From NCBI GenBank assembly GCA_037379345.1, contig CM074511.1, positions 52,892,862 to 52,956,861 on the forward strand: a DNA stretch of 64,000 bases, given 5' to 3'. Of the stretch, positions 52,801-60,724 are shown piece by piece. The stretch comes from Perna viridis. Lineage: Eukaryota. A program made the position numbers and the translations under genes. Each line of letters opens with the position of its first letter. Position 1 is the stretch's first letter. A model generated the notes under the pieces. That model had not been told where the DNA came from and did no database searches. It worked only from the letters and a program-made list of their open reading frames with translations.

Positions 52801-55800
52801 GAATTTATTTCACAGTGTGAACTATCGAAATTTTTTACACTGGGAACATTCGATAAAACACTGCTATCTTTATAATAATAAGTATATACAATATCGATTT
52901 CATCAGTAAACTTTGTGTTTTTGTAATTTTTTTCTTACAGATTCAATATTCAAGAAGAAAAAGTTACCATATGAACTTACTTATACAATTTGTAGCAGAT
53001 TTTGAGCCAGTAGAAGTAGTGTCATGGTTAGCTGGACACATGGTACAGGAAGTTTGGTTGTACTGGGATTGGTAATATCCCTTCATACACTGAGAACACT
53101 TGCCATTGCTGATGTAATATCCAGGGGAACAATTCACTGAAAAGAAATATTGATTACAAATGTTGTTGAAGGAAGGTTATACCAGAATTTTAATTGTAAA
53201 ATCACAATAATCATGCCTTGATCTGTTACCAGAATGGATAGTCAAGATCACCTGCAACCTGGATATTGTACTCTAAACTGACACGCAAAAGTGGAACAAG
53301 AACGTTTTTAAATGTTTGAAAAAATAAATAACTAATTTTGGTAGAATCTGACCATCATTAAGATAAGTAATAATATTTGTGGAAAGAAATCACTGATGTA
53401 CTGTACTGTAATTGTTACAATTTCAGACCTGGATAAAATGTTAATGAATATACAATATACTCCTTTTACACCATTTACTTAAATAATGACTGGAAAAAAA
53501 GTTTGATCACTTTGGTCATATCCTAAAGATGTAGTCTCCCCTTTAGGCCCTAAGAGTTATATCAATCAACAAACCAAAACCACAGAATAATTTAAGAATA
53601 AAAAAGAATACACAGAAAGGGTCACCCCTACTTTTTCAGTAATAAGTAGAAATCTATAAGCCAATTTCCACTTGTAGTAGCCTCACACCAGAAATTTAGA
53701 TTATGGTGAAATATAAACTGAGTTGTGTGCCAAACAGGAAGTTGAAGTGTCTAAGCCTAAAATCAATCCCACAATATTATACACTATACAAAACTTGTGC
53801 TCAAATATCAAGTGGCTTTGGCAGACAGTTGCACAGAAAACTGTAATGAAATCTAGTGTGATGGACATATGAATAGACAAGGGTAAAAAGGTATATTCCC
53901 TTCTTTATGGGTATAATTAGGCAGACTCACTAATGCTACATCCTGTTCTTGTAGAATCTGATGTGGTCTGCTCAGGACATTTCATACAGGGATACAGTCC
54001 ATCAGTTGGCTTATAATATCCCTGGTCACATGGTTCACAATTGTCATCCCCCTCTTTACCAGCACTACAGGTAACTACAAGATTTTAAAGCAATATTATA
54101 GCGTTCTATAGTTATCAAAATATGAAGTCTATATTTTTTTTTCCTCAAATATATTACTGTCAGAGTAATCACAGTCATTTTTTAACCAGTAAGTTCTATT
54201 AGGCCTTTTGCAATAGGAAAAAATGTGATACAAATAACAAAACTTTAAAAAAAATCTGTTGATTATTTTAGAATTTCATAAACATTAACATGTTATTTAT
54301 TCTGCGTATAAGTTCACCTTGGCAATCTTTTTCTTTAGTAGAAGCAGTTGAATTAGTTTTCAGATTATCTTCACAAGGCTTGCAGGATCCTTGATTAGCT
54401 TGTGGTTGGTATGTTCCAACAGGACAAGGGAGACATCCTTGTCCAGAAATATAGTATCCAGGTCTACACTGAGTTGTTCCCCCTCGACCACAAACCAAGG
54501 ATTGGACAGTTTGTGTGACATTCACATTTGTTCCCATGGTAGCCCCTTGAACTTGGCTAAACAGATTCTCAACTGCTGTAATAATTCCTTGGTCACGTTG
54601 ATAAATTGCATACAGCTTCATGAACTGAAACAAAACATCATTTTATTTGCATACAAAAAGAAAAAGAACAAGCCTAAAACACACTTTAACAAGGCAGGGA
54701 TACATGCTAAATGTAAAGTATTGGTTTTCAAACTGAATATGAAACAAAACTGTTACTAGCAAAGAAGACTTCAAATAATATAAAATCTATTCAGAATTTC
54801 AATCATCCCAGTTTATGCTACTTAATGAGAATCCATATTTTTGAAAATTTTATGAAAATGGTCCATAAAATTCTGAATTTCTAACATACTAGTAGGTAAG
54901 TAGAAATTCACATTCATAACTTGTAGTCTTAGTTCGTAGAATCAGTTAAGGTAAACAACTCTCCAATTTTATCCCATATCTTATGAAAATGACCACAGTA
55001 AAAATGACTTAGTATATTAAGTTTAAAAAGGGAATGTTAACCACATTTATCTATAAAAGGGAATGTTCACCACATTTATCTATAAAAGGGAATGTTAACC
55101 ACATTTATCTATAGATAGTTATTCTGGTAATACTAGTTTCTAGGTTAAAGCGAACTAAACTGTAAATTTATATGAACCATGATAAGTTTAGAAAAGCTTT
55201 GGTTGAGTTGTTCTCTACTTTACATATTGAAACTAAAACTGCAAATGATGGACATGTAAAACCAAATCCATTTGGATGGAATTAAAATGAAGAATAAAGT
55301 ATTACAAAATGTATATTGTTGACTTTTTAAGATGCTGGCAACAAAAACTTTTTTAAAACAGCTAGAAATCTAACAGTGTTAAAACCAAGTTTTCATTTTC
55401 AACAATGTTTCATTGTATGCAACTGAAGTATAAATACCACAGGAAAAAATACTCTGAAAATCAAACATTTAAGTATGAATATTACTAAGTTTATCTTCTG
55501 TATCTATATTTTCCCATGATTTCAATGTACAAACACTCCTAAGAACTGGGTTTTTCTATTTCAATGTACAAACACTCCTAAGGACTGGGTTTTTCTTGTA
55601 TCTTTTAATGAACTTACATCCTGATAAAGTTGCAGGAACTGGAGTGGATCTGATAGTATTGATTGTCCAGCATTTCTTTCAATATAATTCAAAATCTGTA
55701 AAACATACATCATATTTATCTTGGAAATAGTTAAAAAAAAAAAATGAAAACTGAAAGTGAACAAAGAGTTAGAAAAATGCATATGCCTTCTACACTTTTC

Positions 55801-58800
55801 ATCAAAAGAAACATTGACTTCCTATATCCACAGTTCACTTAAGAAAAAAACCGAAGGTAATATGTCTATATTACTGTCAACTTTCATAATAGTGTAAATG
55901 CATCCAGTATATCCCATTGAACAAATGTATTTTTCCCATAATAGTAAACAAGAAGTAGTTGTAAGTGCTGCATACCAAATATCAAGTGATTATGATCAGT
56001 AGTCCCTGAGAATAATGTTAAGAAAGTTCTGGTTACAGATGAAATGACAGATAAAGCTAAAACAGTATACCCCCTTTCTTCTAAGCAGGAGTATAATAAA
56101 AATAATGAAGAAGGTTGGGAAAGGTGCAGAAAAAAATTGACCGGTTGTGTACTGATATACAGTGAGCGAAAGTGATGGGAAATATTAATCAATTAAACCT
56201 AACTAAACTGTTTTGAGAAATTTCATAATTTACCCAACCTTAAATAAAACTCTAATTTGTACTTAATGATATATATGACTTTCTGAAAAATTTCATGTTG
56301 TGTAAGAAAATTGCATTATGACCAAAAACTTACCTTCAATCAGAAACTTGTGAAGTAACCACAAAAAATTGAATTTCAGAAGTAACAAGCTTTCTGGATA
56401 GATAATTTTTTTGTCCATCCTCTCATAGACCAAATTTTGTAATGTGACTGTGAAATTATCATCATTTTTTAGGATTTAATCATTAAATTTTGATACTAAA
56501 ATTAAACTACAAGGAGTGACAGTTAAATTTTTTCAGTCAATATCAAATAAACCTCAAACCCTTTGGTTCACACTAAAAAATAACCTGCTACACAGGATAT
56601 TTACTGTGCACCACTTAATTGAGGTAATTTTTCATAGACAGAAAAATAGAGCAGTAATTCATTAAATACATGTACTAATAAATTACCACCTCATACATGT
56701 ACTTATTACTCCTCCAATGACTAACATTTCTACATTGATGTTTACCTCATTTCTAGCATTAGGATCATTGAGTGCTGACAACAGTAGAGCATATAACTGG
56801 TCAAACTGAGGTGAAGTGAGGTTACAGATCTGGTTCTGTACAGTCTCTCGTACACTGTCTGATGGAATGATCAGAGTTCGGTTTAAGTACCCTTGTTCAC
56901 ATAGGAGATTCTGTAAGTCCTGAGCTGTCATATTGGTTCCAGGAATCTGACCTCCAGCTGAAGAATTAGTTCTGTTTACTGAGACACTGCATTCTCCAAA
57001 GTCTAACAGTAAACCAGTCGGTAACTGTCAATAAAACATATGTTTTTATAATATGATTTGTTACTTATTCTACCTTACACTTCCTTGTAACTCCTCTGAC
57101 AAAACAAATAAAAATACAACAACTTAAAATTAAAAACCAAGTAATTTCTTTTGATATATGTTTTTCATATGCTTACGAAAAATGATATTTCAAATACGTT
57201 GTACATCTACTGACAACATTTATATTTTTTTATATTTTTTTAAAAGAAAGTGTTCCCTATGTCCTAACTTAAGTTTCTTTTCACATGTTGGATTCACCTG
57301 AAGGTGATAAAAGTCATGTACTTTATAACAGATGTCTGTTAATGTCAATGGTTAATAAATATTCACCACATATAGTTACCATAGTCATCTATAGGTCAAA
57401 AACTACTACTATACTCACAGCAAGGTTTATACTGGAATTGAGAAGTTCATCCACAACACTAGGAGACAGACTAATGTTACTGTTGAGTATCTGGTTACGT
57501 AGATCAGTAGGGTTGGTTACAATATTACCAAGTGATAAACCACCTTGAATGATAATCAAGTTTTTTTATTCAGTTAGATCAAAAGTACTCCAATTTTAAA
57601 AATGTTTTGGAAAATACATTCTGAGATTAATATTTTATAACATATCTGTTTGCCCAAAAATAAGAATTTGAAAATAAATACCCAACTACAAAACAAAAAT
57701 CTTCAAACCAAATAGAAAATTAAAAAGCTTCGTTGAAAGCAGCATGATACAACCACAGCCAGTTGAGCTCTGTTCACTTGACGCAAGTGTGGACACAATA
57801 TTAGTTTTCGACACACTAAACATAGGGACTTACAGTTCATTATGGACAGAAAAACTCATTTGGACACAATATTGCACAATATTTTTTAATTCAATTTTAG
57901 TATAAATTCTGCTTCAGGGTGTATTCATCGATCACTTTGTACCTCATTATATCAAAAACAGTACATGATGAGGTTAATTTGGTAAGCATACTTCTTAAAG
58001 CTCTTGTATTTAGGCTGGGATTTTCATATTAAATCCTAAGAAAACTTTTTTTTTGCAAAACTGCACCAAATATTATCAATCCAAGTCTGACCATTGTGGT
58101 ATGGAATACTGTGGAAAAATATGAGCGACATTCCTATGCTTTTATTGGCATTACACAGTTAAATTCCATGAAATGCTTGTTTTAGACCCCTTTATGGCCT
58201 CTAATTCTTAAACAGTTGGGGGAGGGGGTAATAACCTCTGAAATCAATACCAACCTTCCTTTTGTGATTTAGGACTTTGTACAGTGGATTCCGCTTAATT
58301 GCATAGCCTAATTGCCAGTTAAAATTATGCAAATAACCGGGCTATTCTTATAACCGAAATTACGATTTGACCGGAAGTGTGAGTTCAGGTAAGACGACGA
58401 TACTGTGGATCAACCAGGGATATCACTGTTCAACATTTCTGATCTGGTATTTAATTGTTATAGACCTTCTCATTGTATTGTTCTTTTATCAATAAATAAT
58501 AATATATATTGTGTTTGTCTTGTTTATTGACCTTCTTTACGTTGTGTGTATTTATAAGTAAAACCACGTGTTTCTCATCTATAAATAGTCAAGTAATTTC
58601 CTGACCTTTCTACGAAAGCAAATCCCATATTTCATATTTCAGCCAGGATTCAGTGTAATATTCATAAATGTTTGCAGTTTGTGGGCTTTTGAAATGGTCT
58701 GTGTGTTTTTATTCCTCTGTTCATTGTACACTGATAGTTGTGTATTATACGGGTCATTGACCTCGATATATTCCTATGAAGTGTGGATAGTATGGGGCAC

Positions 58801-60724
58801 CTTAGGGTAGTTGAATTTCATTAGACATTGTACTGAATGAATGACTTTTAATTTTCGTATAATATTTATGCCTAGTAACCCAAGCTCACTCAAAACTGTT
58901 CAGCTCATTAAAGAAAATTAAATTTACATTGATAATCATTTGTAGTCGGAAGAATTTAAATAGGGACAAAAAATACCCCAAGCCGAACCTCAAGCCGCAT
59001 CATAAGGTGATGTTCGGCATGTCGTCAGAAGTCATTGTTCACCTAGGTGCTTGTTTATTTTAATGTAATTAGAAATCATTTATATTTTCTTTCATGTCCA
59101 AGATTTTTTTAATCCATTATTAACACCTCCTGATTGATGATAATCTAGTTTTTACAACAATAAATATGATTGACATATTTATGACCCCAAGGCTTAAAAT
59201 AGAATTTGGGAAAACCTGTCTTTACCTGGACGAGGCAAAATTCTCTATGCAATAAACCGAAATGCACCTCCAAGGCCTATGCAAATAAGCGATTTTTTCC
59301 TTAATAGAATAATAGGAAATGGTTTTGTGCAGGAGAAAATTATGCTAATAACCGAAATATGCAATAAAGCGATATGCGATTAAGTGGAGTCGACTGTATT
59401 AACATTTTATAAAGATCAACCAACTAATACCCAAGTTATCACATTAAAACCAAGTGTTTAAGGAATATACTTCCTAATAATTTGTGTCCATTTCATCCCT
59501 ACCTGTAGCAGTGCCATTTCTTATCATTCCCAATACCCTCAGTATGGTCTGGCCATCTTGTAGTAAATTTTGTACTAATGAAGGCTCCAAAATCTCTCCT
59601 AAATCTTCTAAGATTCTCGTTATTCTGAAAGTAAATAACTACATATTTTTACCTTACACCTTATCCAAGAGGTTAATAGAGCATTTTTCATGTTATGCAT
59701 TCGTGTAATCCTAGGAAACATGAACCAACATTTTAACTGTACTTGTGTAAAATTTTGGTTAGTTAAAATTATACATTTTGTTTTCTTCCAAAGTTGCAGA
59801 AATCACAAGGTCAAAGTAATGAATATTAAACAAGGTAACATGTACTAAAAATAGTCAAAAACTATAAGTAATAGACCTAAGGCAAAACCAACCCTCATAA
59901 ATAGTAGTTTGGCATTTTTTAAACACATTTGTACTATTAGAAGTAGTTTTGAATGACATAAGAAGTGGGGTATAAAAACTGAACATTTCAAAATTATTCA
60001 TGGCCGATAGCCTTGGGCCACTGTTTTAAACTTAAATAATAGTATTATAAACTTTTATCTTAATATATGTTCTTACAATGACTGCTGATTGCCCGAAGCA
60101 GTGAATCCAGGTCTTTCATCAGCTGTAACAGTGGACTGACATTTTTGGTCAGCATTACAAATAATAGATTGCATGAAAGGCCAGGTGCCAGCACTTGGCA
60201 TTGCATTTCCATCAAAATGGCCTACAAAAGAAAGTAGTATACAATCTTGATTAGAACATTTTGATTTGCCTTTAAAAAATAATGATGATATACAGCTAGT
60301 AAAATATTTTAGTTACCACATATGAAAGTGTTTTAGAGAACTTTTTACAATGGATGTGTAGTATTAAGTGAGTACAAAAATAAAAGTGTGGGTATTTGAA
60401 TTCAACTAACCTCCATTTTTACATATCTTCACATAGAACTTCCTATAAACCAAAGAACTGCTAGTACTAAAACTCATTTTTGTTGAAGAAACAGTGAAAT
60501 GTCATCTTTAAAAATTACACTATTCTCTCTGTGGAATATTATATATCAGTTCTTGAGAGATACACTGGCCATTATAGTGACTCCTTTCTACTCGTTTTTG
60601 ATCTTATAATACACATTTTGCACTTACATTCATCATGTCGAACTTTTAAATCTGGACGAGTTCTAACAATCACTAAAATTAAAAAGAGTGCCAAAGGAAA
60701 GGCTACTTCTGCAAAAAACCGGAA
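16753..60724 (-). CDS. ABCA1: ABC transporter subfamily A, ABCA1-like full transporter (multi-exon, 5'-partial: first coding exon missing); ECD1 carries 7 Cys-rich repeats
   Basis: ~54 GT-AG exons join in frame (8316 nt using exon 44560-44736). Motifs: [28 protein letters not shown], Walker [11 protein letters not shown] and [10 protein letters not shown], signatures LSGGMKRKL and YSGGNKRKL, Walker B ILDEPTAG and [35 protein letters not shown]. Exact orthology within the ABCA1/2/4/7 group is not established. Confidence 0.93.
17200..18243 (+). mobile_element. Helentron/HINE-like non-autonomous element (left boundary uncertain)
   Basis: Internal tandem blocks, gacg microsatellite and 3' palindrome cccgtc-tta-gacggg; the caagtgtggacacaatat block recurs at 57784. 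Confidence 0.45.
18272..18388 (-). CDS. ABCA exon: C-terminal tail ([23 protein letters not shown])
   Basis: TAG/GTAAGT, phase 1-1, open; no homology support. Confidence 0.7.
20029..20110 (-). CDS. ABCA exon (VFIHFASKQ, equivalent to the VFVNFA motif)
   Basis: CAG/GTAGGT, conserved motif. Confidence 0.9.
20156..20332. repeat. 29-bp minisatellite, ~6 copies
   Basis: aatagcctagttcctgtgaatgttaatac repeats. Confidence 0.92.
20485..20694. mobile_element. MITE, TTAA-flanked with GG termini (Kolobok-like), copy 1
   Basis: TIR ggaggtagacctagggtaaggga / tcccttacccaaggtttacctcc; second copy at 49513. Confidence 0.75.
20705..21178. repeat. 18-bp minisatellite, ~26 copies
   Basis: gacagattgatattaaag repeats. 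Confidence 0.95.
21328..21568 (-). CDS. ABCA exon: regulatory domain 2 (FGDGY...[13 protein letters not shown])
   Basis: Conserved motif. Confidence 0.94.
21888..21980 (-). CDS. ABCA exon: NBD2 ([17 protein letters not shown])
   Basis: Conserved motif. Confidence 0.95.
22325..22428 (-). CDS. ABCA exon: NBD2 Walker B/D-loop
   Basis: [17 protein letters not shown]. Confidence 0.95.
23028..23162 (-). CDS. ABCA exon: NBD2 signature
   Basis: [17 protein letters not shown]. Confidence 0.95.
24025..24166 (-). CDS. ABCA exon: NBD2 Q-loop
   Basis: GYCPQFDA...LTGRE. Confidence 0.95.
24795..24976 (-). CDS. ABCA exon: NBD2 Walker A
   Basis: [18 protein letters not shown]. Confidence 0.95.
25181..25313 (-). 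CDS. ABCA exon ([12 protein letters not shown]...ENLTK)
   Basis: ED.DV..ER.RI motif. Confidence 0.92.
25556..25685 (-). CDS. ABCA exon: TM12 (VGRNMLSM...EYNFF)
   Basis: Conserved motif. Confidence 0.9.
26077..26212 (-). CDS. ABCA exon: TMD2 ([12 protein letters not shown])
   Basis: Conserved motif. Confidence 0.92.
26655..26805 (-). CDS. ABCA exon: TMD2 ([16 protein letters not shown])
   Basis: Conserved motif. Confidence 0.93.
28077..28192 (-). CDS. ABCA exon: TMD2 (VNYLIP...LLVLYG)
   Basis: Conserved motif. Confidence 0.92.
28558..28735 (-). CDS. ABCA exon: TMD2 ([14 protein letters not shown]...KHLQFVSGV)
   Basis: Conserved motif. Confidence 0.95.
29175..29344 (-). CDS. ABCA exon: ECD2 (VWYNNKGW...[11 protein letters not shown])
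   Basis: Conserved motif. Confidence 0.93.
29566..29746 (-). CDS. ABCA exon: ECD2 (RYGGFSFG)
   Basis: Conserved motif. Confidence 0.9.
30142..30262 (-). CDS. ABCA exon: ECD2 (GAGGPEPP...[12 protein letters not shown])
   Basis: Conserved motif. Confidence 0.92.
30395..30912 (-). mobile_element. 5'-truncated retroelement 3' fragment, copy 2 (intronic)
   Basis: Encodes [55 protein letters not shown], resembling the post-RT region of Penelope-like elements. Confidence 0.72.
31129..31253 (-). CDS. ABCA exon: ECD2 ([13 protein letters not shown])
   Basis: C.CSS....CP motif. Confidence 0.88.
31455..31718. repeat. 22-bp minisatellite, ~12 copies
   Basis: tctggacagtatgttataaaga repeats. Confidence 0.93.
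31729..31833 (-). CDS. ABCA exon: ECD2 (SND...MGNRCM)
   Basis: G.RCM motif, phase 2-2. Confidence 0.88.
32181..32323 (-). CDS. ABCA exon: TM7 ([12 protein letters not shown]...PPLELHPW)
   Basis: Conserved motif. Confidence 0.92.
33027..33193 (-). CDS. ABCA exon ([24 protein letters not shown])
   Basis: Conserved pre-TM7 motif. Confidence 0.9.
34907..35041 (-). CDS. ABCA exon: basic linker ([16 protein letters not shown])
   Basis: AAG/GTAAGT, phase 1-1, open. Confidence 0.72.
35305..35386 (-). CDS. ABCA exon (VFLRVADE)
   Basis: Continues LEE-VFL motif. Confidence 0.88.
35703..35905. repeat. ~114-bp diverged tandem duplication
   Basis: atgccttgttaacttttttaca...agggcct.taagcta...caggaagcag occurs twice. 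Confidence 0.75.
36092..36300 (-). CDS. ABCA exon: regulatory domain 1 ([14 protein letters not shown])
   Basis: Conserved motif. Confidence 0.92.
36554..36680 (-). CDS. ABCA exon: acidic/PEST-like linker (DIEDEGFGD...KPPTPPPE)
   Basis: CAG/GTATGC, phases 0-1 fit. Confidence 0.8.
37353..37618 (-). CDS. ABCA exon: NBD1 H-loop
   Basis: [22 protein letters not shown]. Confidence 0.95.
37755..37892 (-). CDS. ABCA exon: NBD1 signature/Walker B
   Basis: [15 protein letters not shown]...[14 protein letters not shown]. Confidence 0.95.
38138..38478 (-). repeat. 57-bp tandem repeat of NBD1 exon end plus donor, 6 copies
   Basis: Unit encodes DVGLPHK(R/W)RELSSSLSG(NK/YT). Confidence 0.95.
38426..38565 (-). 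CDS. ABCA exon: NBD1 up to the signature ([14 protein letters not shown]...LS)
   Basis: Conserved motif; the first of six duplicated donors is assumed. Confidence 0.88.
39111..39242 (-). CDS. ABCA exon: NBD1 Q-loop
   Basis: [12 protein letters not shown]. Confidence 0.95.
39603..39777 (-). CDS. ABCA exon: NBD1 Walker A
   Basis: [12 protein letters not shown]. Confidence 0.95.
40323..40451 (-). CDS. ABCA exon ([19 protein letters not shown])
   Basis: Conserved motif, phase 1-1. Confidence 0.92.
40665..40869 (-). CDS. ABCA exon: TMD1 (VAFGFGC...WYIEAVFPG)
   Basis: ORF track plus splice sites. Confidence 0.93.
41397..41735 (-). mobile_element. Degenerate tRNA-derived SINE
   Basis: tRNA-like head with B-box gttcaatcc (41675-41683, minus strand) and a (caat)n tail; a similar tail remnant lies at 6343-6420. 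Confidence 0.6.
41772..41993 (-). CDS. ABCA exon: TMD1 (YSDPTVV...FFSKANIAA)
   Basis: ORF track plus splice sites. Confidence 0.93.
42482..42825. repeat. ~43-bp degenerate minisatellite, ~8 copies, abutting a splice donor
   Basis: ggtaaagataatcaaggtaatctaaaacagttgcctaagacct repeats. Confidence 0.88.
42826..43048 (-). CDS. ABCA exon: TMD1 ([16 protein letters not shown])
   Basis: Hallmark ABCA motif. Confidence 0.95.
44350..44514 (-). CDS. ABCA exon variant B ([27 protein letters not shown]...FPYPCYIRD)
   Basis: 165 nt, phase 2-2, TAG/GTGAGT; paralogous to 44560-44736. Confidence 0.87.
44560..44736 (-). CDS. ABCA exon variant A ([31 protein letters not shown]...FPYPCYIQD)
   Basis: 177 nt, phase 2-2, TAG/GTATGT; absent from the ORF track, translated by hand. 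Confidence 0.9.
45020..45602. repeat. ~71-bp minisatellite, ~7 copies
   Basis: aatataatgtcagtggatactgtaccggtactagacatgaac... recurs every 71 bp over most of the array. Confidence 0.88.
45614..45719 (-). CDS. ABCA exon: ECD1 (AIVF...HVKYSIRM)
   Basis: HVKY.IRM motif, phases 1-2. Confidence 0.88.
46158..46251 (-). CDS. ABCA exon: ECD1 ([16 protein letters not shown]...)
   Basis: ABCA C...DKF motif, phases 0-1. Confidence 0.88.
46637..48178 (-). repeat. 55-bp tandem repeat of exon end plus GTAAGT donor, ~28 copies
   Basis: ccatgtctataacttacctttccacactctgacactgtttctaacacctggttga; the terminal copy overlaps exon 48141-48497. Confidence 0.97.
48141..48497 (-). CDS. ABCA exon: ECD1 (DFTCSEVC...[22 protein letters not shown])
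   Basis: 357 nt open, CAG/GTAAGT, YTW motif. Confidence 0.85.
48843..48959 (-). CDS. ABCA exon: ECD1 (ANKTFDDL...)
   Basis: ABCA (A/V)NKTF motif, phase 0-0. Confidence 0.88.
49513..49700. mobile_element. MITE, Kolobok-like, copy 2
   Basis: Same TIRs and internal sequence as 20485-20694; ttaa/tcaa flanks. Confidence 0.75.
50191..50330 (-). CDS. ABCA exon: ECD1 resumes ([10 protein letters not shown]...[17 protein letters not shown])
   Basis: Matches ABCA C..L...LES....IW..L.PL..GKI.Y.P. Confidence 0.92.
50384..50614 (-). repeat. 30-bp minisatellite starting at a splice donor, ~8 copies
   Basis: Minus-strand unit gtaagtaacatatactctgttcatagtaga. Confidence 0.92.
50615..50770 (-). CDS. ABCA exon: Cys-rich repeat 7 ([49 protein letters not shown])
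   Basis: 156 nt, phase 1-1, CAG/GTAAGT. Confidence 0.87.
51193..51339 (-). CDS. ABCA exon: Cys-rich repeat 6 ([45 protein letters not shown])
   Basis: 147 nt, phase 1-1, TAG/GTAAGT. Confidence 0.88.
51648..51803 (-). CDS. ABCA exon: Cys-rich repeat 5 ([49 protein letters not shown])
   Basis: 156 nt, phase 1-1, CAG/GTAAGA. Confidence 0.9.
52359..52496 (-). CDS. ABCA exon: Cys-rich repeat 4 ([43 protein letters not shown])
   Basis: 138 nt, phase 1-1, AAG/GTAAGT. Confidence 0.88.
52981..53136 (-). CDS. ABCA exon: Cys-rich repeat 3 ([49 protein letters not shown])
   Basis: 156 nt, phase 1-1, CAG/GTAAGT. Confidence 0.9.
53931..54074 (-). CDS. ABCA exon: Cys-rich repeat 2 ([44 protein letters not shown])
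   Basis: 144 nt, phase 1-1, TAG/GTGAGT. Confidence 0.88.
54318..54624 (-). CDS. ABCA exon: ECD1 (..QSLVCG) fused to Cys-rich repeat 1
   Basis: SLVCG motif followed in the same exon by [32 protein letters not shown]. Confidence 0.9.
55026..55112. repeat. 29-bp triplication
   Basis: aaaagggaatgttaaccacatttatctat x3. Confidence 0.85.
55618..55695 (-). CDS. ABCA exon: ECD1 ([26 protein letters not shown])
   Basis: CAG/GTAAGT, phase 0-0. Confidence 0.75.
56746..57024 (-). CDS. ABCA exon: ECD1 (LQNLLCEQ...NQICNLT)
   Basis: AG/GT, phase 0-0, ORF track 56683..56931. Confidence 0.82.
57419..57543 (-). CDS. ABCA exon: ECD1 ([11 protein letters not shown]...[13 protein letters not shown])
   Basis: AG/GT, resembles ABCA NLSL..S.VD..L segment. 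Confidence 0.8.
58282..59396. mobile_element. 1.1-kb non-autonomous pogo/Tigger-type DNA transposon
   Basis: Imperfect 24-bp TIR cagtggattccgcttaattgcata / tatgcgattaagtggagtcgactg, TA flanks, subterminal aataaccg repeats, no transposase ORF. Confidence 0.8.
59503..59624 (-). CDS. ABCA exon: ECD1 ([12 protein letters not shown]...)
   Basis: AG/GT, open frame, phases 2-1 fit neighbours. Confidence 0.8.
60077..60221 (-). CDS. ABCA exon: ECD1 start ([23 protein letters not shown])
   Basis: Conserved ABCA CHF..AMPSAG motif, phases 1-2. Confidence 0.92.
60628..60724 (-). CDS. ABCA exon: TM1 ([32 protein letters not shown])
   Basis: AG/GT bounded, resembles ABCA TM1. Confidence 0.9.

Noticed and set aside
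50615-54480. Cys-rich exons as a separate nested SCUBE/SVEP1-like gene
   Set aside because: They are on the same strand, repeat 1 is in the same exon as ABCA sequence, the phases join on both sides, and there is no separate start, signal peptide or stop.
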